Positions 17,039-23,738 of a DNA stretch of 23,738 nucleotides are shown here, piece by piece. A program made the translations under genes and the position numbers. Positions within the stretch are counted from its first letter, which is position 1; each line of letters opens with the position of its first letter. Source of the DNA: Myxococcota bacterium (lineage in GTDB: Bacteria > Myxococcota > XYA12-FULL-58-9 > JALHOP01); NCBI GenBank assembly GCA_041288095.1, contig JBGGMJ010000123.1, positions 1-23,738 of the forward strand. Reading direction: 5' to 3'. The notes beneath the pieces were generated by a model that worked only from the letters and a program-made list of their open reading frames with translations, had not been told where the DNA came from and ran no database searches.

Positions 17039-17686
17039 ATGGCAGACGACAAATTGTACGAGCGGTTCGGCCGAGAGTTTCCCAAGGATCACCCCCTCTT
17101 CAAGGACGGCGAGGCCGGCAAAGAGATGTTCGTGGTGCAGTCGGGCAAGGTCCGCATCCACAAGAACGTGCGCGACGTCGAGAAGGTCCTCGCGGTGCTC
17201 GGCCCGGGCGAGTTCTTCGGCGAGATGTCGATCTTGAACAACAAGCCGCGGTCCGCTTCGGCGACGGTCGACGAGCCGGCCAAGCTCTTGGTGATCGATC
17301 CCAAGACGTTCGAGGCCATGGTGCGCGGCAACGCCGAGATCGCCGTGCGCCTCATCAAGAAGCTGGCTGGGCGTCTCCAAGAGGCCGACGATCAGATCGA
17401 GAACCTCCTCCTGCGCGATCACAACTCGCGCGTCGTGCATTTCTTGAGTCACATCGCCGCGAAGCAAGGGACGCAGACCGCCGAGGGGCTGCAGCTCGAG
17501 ATCACGCTCAAGGACATCGCCTCGAAGATCGGCCTCGAGATCGAGCCGGTGAACGAGGTGATGAACAAGCTGATTCGCTCGCGGCTGGTGAAGCTCACCG
17601 AGACGGGCGTGGTCATCCACGACGTGAACAAGCTGCGCGAGTTCCTCGAGTTCCTCGAGATGAAAGAAAAATTCGGCGATATCTAA
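17039..17686 (+). CDS. CRP/FNR-family cyclic-nucleotide-binding regulator
   Basis: Intact phosphate-binding cassette GEFFGEMSILNNKPRSASA; C-helix; C-terminal winged-HTH-like ITLKDIASKIGL...KLIRSRLV. GAGG RBS. Confidence 0.9.
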   Translation: MADDKLYERFGREFPKDHPLFKDGEAGKEMFVVQSGKVRIHKNVRDVEKVLAVLGPGEFFGEMSILNNKPRSASATVDEPAKLLVIDPKTFEAMVRGNAEIAVRLIKKLAGRLQEADDQIENLLLRDHNSRVVHFLSHIAAKQGTQTAEGLQLEITLKDIASKIGLEIEPVNEVMNKLIRSRLVKLTETGVVIHDVNKLREFLEFLEMKEKFGDI

Positions 17687-17703
17687 GGAGACGGGCCCCC
17701 TCA

Positions 17704-18483
17704 ATGCGCTTTCGCGTACTCGGCTGCCACGGCGGCGAATCGGCTACCCATCGAGCGACCTCGTTCTTGATAGACGACGTGCTGTTGCTCGACGCCGGCT
17801 CGGCGACGCGCAGTCTCACGGTCCCCGAGCAGGTCGCCATCGATCACATCGTGCTGTCGCACGTGCACCTGGACCATGTGCGCGACATCGCGCTGCTCTG
17901 CGACAACATCATCGGCGCGCGCAAGAAGCCGCTCGTCGTCCACTGCACCGAGTTCACCGCCGATGCCCTGTTCAAGCACATCTTGAACAACGTCATCTGG
18001 CCCGACTTCTCGAAGTTCCCGAACCCGGGTGACCCGGAGAAGCGCCCCACCCTCCAGGTGAATCGCTTCAAGCCCGGCGCGACGATCGAGGTCGGCCCGT
18101 ACCAGATCAAGACCGTCGCGGTGAATCACACCATCGAGACGCACGCGCTCTTCGTCCGCGACAAGACCGGCACGGTGGTCTACTCGGGCGACACCGGGCC
18201 GACCGACGCGCTGTACGAAGAGGTCAATCGCACCGAGGACCTGCGCGCGTTCATCACCGAAGTGAGCTTCCCCAACGCCATGGAAGGCCTCGCCAAGGTG
18301 TCGGGACACCTGACGCCGGTGATGCTGCAGACCGAGCTCAAAAAGCTGAAGGTGAAGGGCCAAGTGCCGGTGCTCATCTACCACTTGAAGCCCGGCTTTT
18401 ACGACGTCGTGAAGCAGCAGATCGCCGACCTCAAGGACTCGCGAATCACCATCTTGAAACCGATGGACGAGTTCACGTTCTGA
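17704..18483 (+). CDS. Class II 3',5'-cyclic-nucleotide phosphodiesterase (metallo-beta-lactamase fold)
   Basis: VLGCHGG, LDAGS, SHVHLDH (HxHxDH), NNVIWPDF, SGDTGPT, EVSFPN, GHLTP and YHLKP fit the class II PDE pattern. AAGGAG RBS. Confidence 0.88.
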   Translation: MRFRVLGCHGGESATHRATSFLIDDVLLLDAGSATRSLTVPEQVAIDHIVLSHVHLDHVRDIALLCDNIIGARKKPLVVHCTEFTADALFKHILNNVIWPDFSKFPNPGDPEKRPTLQVNRFKPGATIEVGPYQIKTVAVNHTIETHALFVRDKTGTVVYSGDTGPTDALYEEVNRTEDLRAFITEVSFPNAMEGLAKVSGHLTPVMLQTELKKLKVKGQVPVLIYHLKPGFYDVVKQQIADLKDSRITILKPMDEFTF

Positions 18484-18486
18484 TGG

Positions 18487-19707
18487 ATGAGCTCGCGATC
18501 TGAGTACGCCGCGACGCTCGGCGCCATGTTCGTGCGCGCCGCGACCGGTATCAAGCTGGGTCTGGACAACATGCGGGCTGCGCTCGCGTTGTTCGGCGAT
18601 CCGCAAAAGCGAACCAAACACGTCGTTGTCGCCGGCACCAACGGCAAAGGCTCGACCTCGACGCTGATCGCCGACGCTCTACGGCACGCGGACCACAAAG
18701 TCGGCCACTACACCTCGCCGCATCTGCTGCGCTTCACCGAGCGCATCCGGGTCGACGGCGCCGAGCTGGACCCGGGCCGCGTCGTGTCCCTGTATGCGGC
18801 TATCGCCTCCGCGGAACGGCGTCTGCCCCAGCCGCTGTCTTTCTTCGAAGTAGCGACCCTCATGGGTTTCATGGTGTTCGCCGAGGAGCGCGTGGACATC
18901 GCCGTGCTCGAGGTCGGGCTCGGTGGACGACTCGACGCGGTGAACGTCGTCGACCGCGTGCTGTCGGTCATCACGCCCATCGGCATCGACCACGAGCGCT
19001 ACCTCGGCTCGACCTTGTCCGCGATAGCCACCGAAAAAGCCGGCATCATCCAGCGCGACGTGCCCGTCGTGAGCTCGCCTCAGGATCCCGTCGCCTGGGA
19101 CGTCCTCGAGGCCCAGGCTCGCGCCATGAACGCGCCGCTGGCCGCGGCCCCGCCATTCCCCTCGACCTTGCCACCGGGCACCTACCAACGCGTCAACGTC
19201 GCGACCGCCGCCGCCGCGCTACAGGTGCTCCGTCGCGCCGGCCTAGGGGTCGGAGTCGATCACCTCGCGCGCGCTTGCCGTGAGTTCCGCTGGCCGGGGC
19301 GCTATCAGTGGCTCGGCGACGTGCTCCTGGACGGAGCGCACAACGGCCATGGCGTCGAGGCGCTCCTCACCGCGCTCGACAACGATTCCCAGGCTCGCGG
19401 TCGTCCGATGCATCTCGTCGCGACCGTTTTGGCGGACAAAGACCCGATCGTGGTCCTCGAGCCGCTGACGAAGCGCGCCGCGAGCGTCCAGCTGGTGCCG
19501 GTGGGCTCGAACCGGTCCCGCTCGGCCGCGGAGCTGCGCGCCCTCGGTCATCCGGTCGCCGGCGGCATCTCACAAGCGCTGGTCGACGCCGGCCGGCGCG
19601 CCGCGACCGATGCCGGCTTCGTGCTGGTCGCGGGCTCGCTGTTCTTGGTCGCCGATGCGTTGGCCGTGTTGACGGGGGCGCCGCGGGACCCACCGGTCGA
19701 CGGCTAA
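18487..19707 (+). CDS. folC: Bifunctional folylpolyglutamate synthase/dihydrofolate synthase
   Basis: AGTNGKGST, YTSPHL, EVGLGGRLDA, IGIDH, EKAGI, WPGR, DGAHN, GSLFLV. Confidence 0.95.
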   Translation: MSSRSEYAATLGAMFVRAATGIKLGLDNMRAALALFGDPQKRTKHVVVAGTNGKGSTSTLIADALRHADHKVGHYTSPHLLRFTERIRVDGAELDPGRVVSLYAAIASAERRLPQPLSFFEVATLMGFMVFAEERVDIAVLEVGLGGRLDAVNVVDRVLSVITPIGIDHERYLGSTLSAIATEKAGIIQRDVPVVSSPQDPVAWDVLEAQARAMNAPLAAAPPFPSTLPPGTYQRVNVATAAAALQVLRRAGLGVGVDHLARACREFRWPGRYQWLGDVLLDGAHNGHGVEALLTALDNDSQARGRPMHLVATVLADKDPIVVLEPLTKRAASVQLVPVGSNRSRSAAELRALGHPVAGGISQALVDAGRRAATDAGFVLVAGSLFLVADALAVLTGAPRDPPVDG

Positions 19708-19711
19708 AATA

Positions 19712-19774
19712 GGGACACCAACCATTTTCCGTCATGGGGTGTCCGGGCGACCGCCGGAAAATGGTTAGTGTCCC
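19712..19774. repeat. 20-bp inverted repeat with 23-nt spacer (REP/MITE-like)
   Basis: GGGACACCAACCATTTTCCG (19712-19731) and CGGAAAATGGTTAGTGTCCC (19755-19774) are complementary at 19 of 20 positions. Confidence 0.8.
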
Positions 19775-19797
19775 CATCCCCATGCTAGCGTCCACCT

Positions 19798-20202
19798 ATG
19801 CGCACCCGCCTACTCTTGGCCCTCGTCTCGCTCTTCCTCGCCTCCCCGGCAGCGAGCCAGGACATGGAGGACGCTCCGCGCAACCTCGAATTCGTCGGCT
19901 TCCAACAGTTCCGCGAGGTCTCCCGCGTCTTCGTTCGCACCAATGAGCCTGCCCGCTACCGCGTGAGTCAGCGCGACGGCGTCGTCAGCATCACGCTCGA
20001 CAACACCGGCTCGCAAACCATGAACAACCTACGCCACCTCGATACTCATCTCTTCGACGGCCCGGTGGCGATGATCCAACCGCGCGTCATCGAAGGCGCC
20101 TCGAACAGCAACATCCAGATCGACATCTACGTGCGGCAGACGGTGAACGTGAAGCAGGCCCAGAAGGACAACGTCATCACCCTCGATTTTCCGCGGAATT
20201 AG
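19798..20202 (+). CDS. Periplasmic AMIN-domain protein
   Basis: Signal peptide ending PAAS-Q. SRVFVRTNEPARYRV...ITLDNT...RHLDTHLFDGPVAMI fits an AMIN beta-sandwich pattern. Confidence 0.7.
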   Translation: MRTRLLLALVSLFLASPAASQDMEDAPRNLEFVGFQQFREVSRVFVRTNEPARYRVSQRDGVVSITLDNTGSQTMNNLRHLDTHLFDGPVAMIQPRVIEGASNSNIQIDIYVRQTVNVKQAQKDNVITLDFPRN

Positions 20203-20218
20203 TGCTTTTTAAGCGCGC

Positions 20219-22642
20219 GTGGCTCGTCTAACGCTCGCGCTCGCGGCGCTGCTGCCTAGCACCGCGTTGGCTCAGATCTCGGCGCCCGCGCAGCCCATGC
20301 AACTAGGCGGACAGCCGCAAGCGCCGACGGCCGAAGACTGCAAGGTCATCAACTTCTCCGGCGACACCATGGACTGTCTCGATGGGACCTGCACCATCGC
20401 CGGCAATGCCGAGCTGCGCTGCGCCACCACCCGTCTGAACGCCGACCGCGTCGAGGTCGACTACGACGAGAACCAGCAGTTCAAGGGCGCCCGCGCCAGC
20501 GGCAACGTCATCTACGTGCGCGGCCGCCACGTCATGACCTGCACGGCGCTCAACGTCGGCCAGGACCACATCCAAGGGCGCGTCGACGACGCCCTCTTCA
20601 ACGTCAAGCTCACCCCGCCCGACCTCGCGGCTCCCGGCGTCCCCGAAGGCCGCAACATGGCGAGCTTCAGCGGCGACATCGAGCGCTCGAGCGAGCAAGA
20701 CTACAAGGTCTTCGGGGGCGACTTCACGCTCTGCGATTGCGGCCTCGAGCCGCCCTCGTGGCGCTTCACGGCACGCGAGATTGATGCGCACCTCGGGAAG
20801 CGAGCGACGCTGTGGTGGCCGGTCTTCCGGCTGCGCCCCTTCAGTCTCTTCGAGCTGCCTATCCCCATGGCGCCGATCTCGATGCCGCTCTCGCGACGTG
20901 CCTTCGGCGTGCTCCCGCCCAACCCCCGTTTCCTCGGCGGCCGCCCGCTCATCGACCTGCCCATCTTCATTCCTATCGGCGACTCGGTCGACCTCACCCT
21001 GATCCCCGGCACGCGCATGGACTGGGCGCCGCCGACGACGTTCAATCCATCGACCTGGGGCGCGCCTCGGCTCGGTGGTCGGGTGCGGTACGCCGCGACG
21101 GACACTTGGTTCGGGGAGCTGGCTTGGGACTTCACGCACGACGGCGGCAACTGGCGCTCGAAGGTCGCCGAGGACAAGCCGGGCTCCTTCGCCGAAGACG
21201 TCCGGGCCTCCTCGGAGCTTACCGAGCGCGTTTCCTTGAATGGCTTCCAACGCGCGCAGGTCGCCAAGAACCTCGACTGGAGCGCCACGCTCAGCTGGGT
21301 CTCCGACGACGTCATGCTGCGCGACTTCGCCGCCAACATCCGCGACGCCGCCTCGAACTACCTGCCGACGCGCACCGGTTTTCTCTTCCGGCCTGATGGT
21401 TTCAGCGCGCTCGCGATGGCGGACTACTTCGTCTTGACCAACAACTTCGTCCGCGCCGACGGCACGACCATCGACTACTCGAACACCAAGGGCCAGGAGA
21501 ACAACACTCTCCACCGCATGCCCTTCGTGCGTCTCGCGATGGAGCCCCTGCCCATCGTTGGCGGCCTGTCCGTCGACGGTGACGCGTCGTTCGTCCGCTA
21601 TGGCCGCGTCAGCGCGGCGAATCCGCGAGCCGGTGTCGTCGTCGATGGGCTCAACGTCGGCAACCTCGCGGCCGGCGTCGCCTACGGCAACAGGCTCGGC
21701 CACTTCAACGTCCACGCCCGCGCCGGCACGGATGCCTTGTTCACGTCCAACGACACCGAGAATCACAACATCAGCTCGGTACTACTTTCGGCGAAGATCG
21801 ACACGCGGGTGTCGCGCTCGTTCGGCTCGGTCGTGCACACCATCACGCCGCGCGTGGAGTATCGCAGCATCCCCACGCAGTCCGGCACCCTGCCGCAAAC
21901 GGTCTCGATCCTCGCCGACGCTACCCAGGTGCTCTACGATGCGCGTCTGCAGCGGCGAACGTTTCATCAGGCGATGATCGCCGTCGACCAGGCTCTGTGG
22001 GTCCGCGGCCCCCTGTCGGCCTTGCCGATATTGAACCTCAGCTTGCGTCAGCCGTTCGATCTCGAAGGCGGCCACGTGCTGCAATCGCAGGCAGAGCTGC
22101 AGTGGCGCGCGCCGCACTATCTGACCGGCACGGCGCGTGTGAGCATCGCGCCCGGGCAAGACGAGCCGGTGCGCGAGCTCTCCGCCACGACTCAACTCTC
22201 GACGCGTTACGCGAGCCTCGGTCTCGGCTACGCGCGCTGGCAGGTCAACGCGGACCGCTTCGTACGCAGTCTCTACGAGCTCGCCGCGCCTTACGAATCG
22301 GGCGCGGCGCCCAGCGTGCTCCGGCCCATTCACTCGCTGAGCGGCAGCATCAACACCAGCATCCGACGAGTCTCGCTGGGTTACAGCACCGATTACCTGC
22401 TGCCGTTGCGCGACGACCAGTTGCCGGTGCAGGTCCCAACTACAGAGTATCCCGACGTTCGCGACAACCCCGCGAATCGCCGCAGCTTCGTCGAGCACCG
22501 CGGCACCATCGCCTACCGCTCCCCCTGCAACTGCTGGGGCGTATCCGCCATGATGGCCTTCCCCAACAACGAGTCCTGGTGGGACAACAAACGCATCAAC
22601 ATCCTCTTCGACATTGGCGGCTACAGCTTGGGCAATCGATGA
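20219..22642 (+). CDS. lptD: LPS-assembly outer-membrane protein LptD
   Basis: Signal peptide; OstA-like jellyroll (RLNADRVEVD, ARASGNV); FTLCDC..PPSWRF; VSDD; large barrel; C-terminal YRSPCNCW. 807 aa. Confidence 0.85.
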   Translation: MARLTLALAALLPSTALAQISAPAQPMQLGGQPQAPTAEDCKVINFSGDTMDCLDGTCTIAGNAELRCATTRLNADRVEVDYDENQQFKGARASGNVIYVRGRHVMTCTALNVGQDHIQGRVDDALFNVKLTPPDLAAPGVPEGRNMASFSGDIERSSEQDYKVFGGDFTLCDCGLEPPSWRFTAREIDAHLGKRATLWWPVFRLRPFSLFELPIPMAPISMPLSRRAFGVLPPNPRFLGGRPLIDLPIFIPIGDSVDLTLIPGTRMDWAPPTTFNPSTWGAPRLGGRVRYAATDTWFGELAWDFTHDGGNWRSKVAEDKPGSFAEDVRASSELTERVSLNGFQRAQVAKNLDWSATLSWVSDDVMLRDFAANIRDAASNYLPTRTGFLFRPDGFSALAMADYFVLTNNFVRADGTTIDYSNTKGQENNTLHRMPFVRLAMEPLPIVGGLSVDGDASFVRYGRVSAANPRAGVVVDGLNVGNLAAGVAYGNRLGHFNVHARAGTDALFTSNDTENHNISSVLLSAKIDTRVSRSFGSVVHTITPRVEYRSIPTQSGTLPQTVSILADATQVLYDARLQRRTFHQAMIAVDQALWVRGPLSALPILNLSLRQPFDLEGGHVLQSQAELQWRAPHYLTGTARVSIAPGQDEPVRELSATTQLSTRYASLGLGYARWQVNADRFVRSLYELAAPYESGAAPSVLRPIHSLSGSINTSIRRVSLGYSTDYLLPLRDDQLPVQVPTTEYPDVRDNPANRRSFVEHRGTIAYRSPCNCWGVSAMMAFPNNESWWDNKRINILFDIGGYSLGNR

Positions 22643-23640
22643 CGATCACCGGCCACCTCAAACGCTTGCTCCGTGGCGCCCCCTTAGACGAGCCCGAAGC
22701 GCGCGAGCTGTTCGGTGACATGCTCGACGGCAGAGCAACCCCGGTGCAGGTAGGCGCGGTGCTCACCGCGTTGCGCTTGAAGGGTGAGACCGCCGAAGAG
22801 CTGCAAGGGTTCGCGCGCGCCGTGCTCGAGCGCACGACCTTGAAGCACCAAGTCAACGACGTCATCGACACCTGCGGCACCGGTGGTGATCACCAGAGCA
22901 CGTTCAACGTCTCGACCGCGTCCGCTTTCGTGGTCGCCGCGACGGGCACACGCGTCGTCAAACACGTCGCGCCTCGCATCTCGTCGCGCGCCGGTAGTCT
23001 CGAGGTCCTGCAAGAGCTCGGAGTGAGCCTGGCGGCCGACTGCGGCGCCATCAAGGATGCCATCGACGGACACGGGCTAGCGTTCGTCGCACGCGAGCGC
23101 ACGCTCCCCACCTTGGAAGCGCTCGCACGCACCGCCGCGACGCTCGAGCTGCGCACGTCCATCGACGTCATTACACCGATGGTGAGCCCCATGGCGCCGC
23201 GCTATCAGCTCGTCGGCGCGTATTCCGAGGCGCACATGTTGCCGATGGCGCAAGCGCTGGGCGAGCTCGGCCGCGAGCGTGTCTGGGTCGTGCGCGGCAA
23301 CGATGGCGTCGACGAGCTGTCGCTCTCGGCGACGAGCAAGGTCGTCGCCTTCGAGAATGGCGCCGTGAATACCTTCACCATCGATCCGCGCGACCACGGC
23401 TTGGAGATGGCGCCGCCCGAGAGCGTCCGCGGTGGCGGACCCAAAGAGAACGCCTCGATGCTCCGCGAGGTGCTCGAGGCCAAGCGCCCCGGCCCACTGA
23501 CCGACATCGTGCTCTTGAACGCAGGCGCGGCGCTGTTCATCGCCGGCGCCGCGGCGTCGCTGCGGAAGGGAATCGAAGCGGCGCGAGAGACGTTGACGAA
23601 GGGCGCCGCGCGAGAGCTGCTCGCGCGTCTATCGTCCTAA
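22639..23640 (+). CDS. trpD: Anthranilate phosphoribosyltransferase-family protein (divergent TrpD)
   Basis: The ATG at 22639 overlaps the lptD stop (ATGA). LRLKGETAEEL, DTCGTGGD..STFNVST, DGVDELS and LNAGAAL are present. Anthranilate-site motifs diverge (see findings), so the family is more certain than the activity. Confidence 0.75.
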   Translation: MTITGHLKRLLRGAPLDEPEARELFGDMLDGRATPVQVGAVLTALRLKGETAEELQGFARAVLERTTLKHQVNDVIDTCGTGGDHQSTFNVSTASAFVVAATGTRVVKHVAPRISSRAGSLEVLQELGVSLAADCGAIKDAIDGHGLAFVARERTLPTLEALARTAATLELRTSIDVITPMVSPMAPRYQLVGAYSEAHMLPMAQALGELGRERVWVVRGNDGVDELSLSATSKVVAFENGAVNTFTIDPRDHGLEMAPPESVRGGGPKENASMLREVLEAKRPGPLTDIVLLNAGAALFIAGAAASLRKGIEAARETLTKGAARELLARLSS

Positions 23641-23674
23641 AAAAAGAAACGCGCCGGGATTAGCGGCGCGTTTC
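23639..23674 (-). terminator. Intrinsic terminator (minus strand, possibly bidirectional)
   Basis: Perfect 11-bp stem GAAACGCGCCG (23646-23656) / CGGCGCGTTTC (23664-23674), with A7 at 23639-23645 read as the U tract on the minus strand. This implies a convergent gene beyond the window. Confidence 0.8.
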
Positions 23675-23738
23675 GCGAAAGGTACGTCTGAGCGAGCTGG
23701 CCACCGCCAGACCCGGAGGAGGGGTTCTCAGTACTCGA

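Noticed and set aside
17704..18483. Beta-lactamase/resistance gene or anti-phage (Pycsar/CBASS) component
   Set aside because: Motifs fit a class II cNMP phosphodiesterase. The neighbouring cyclase is a membrane CHASE2 sensor type and the cNMP-binding protein carries an HTH, not a TIR or TM effector.
20303..21766. 487-aa minus-strand ORF, and similar shadows at 2421-3536, 11122-12426, 15567-16622 and 17701-18621
   Set aside because: Each largely overlaps well-supported genes, has a shadow-like composition and shows no domain motifs.
23728..23738. 3' end of a convergent gene (..GAG TAC TGA on the minus strand)
   Set aside because: Consistent with the minus-strand terminator, but only 11 nt are visible, too little to call.

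Overview
High-GC bacterial window, most consistent with a Myxococcota/deltaproteobacterial genome. This is inferred from the Hanks kinase-TM-PEGA protein, FrzE-like CheA, CheR-TPR, class II cAMP phosphodiesterase and myxobacterial-type LptD. The left third holds envelope and orphan genes: a truncated TPR lipoprotein divergent from an outer-membrane beta-barrel/lipoprotein pair, a Ser/Thr kinase with a downstream orphan, a ~470 bp hairpin-dense intergenic region with two minus-strand terminators, and a minus-strand operon (two orphans, lpxK, LysM/M23 peptidase). The centre is the most notable part. A tightly coupled chemosensory operon follows Myxococcus frz order (CheW, short CheW-like, CheA-REC, CheB, CheR-TPR) but has no chemoreceptor gene where frzCD normally lies. 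It is followed on the same strand by a stand-alone receiver and a complete cAMP module (CHASE2 class III adenylate cyclase, CRP-family protein, class II phosphodiesterase). The right end carries folC, a 20-bp inverted-repeat element, an AMIN protein, lptD and a lone TrpD-family gene whose anthranilate-binding residues appear replaced. No rRNA, tRNA, CRISPR array or transposase was seen. All calls come from reading motifs by eye; no searches were run.
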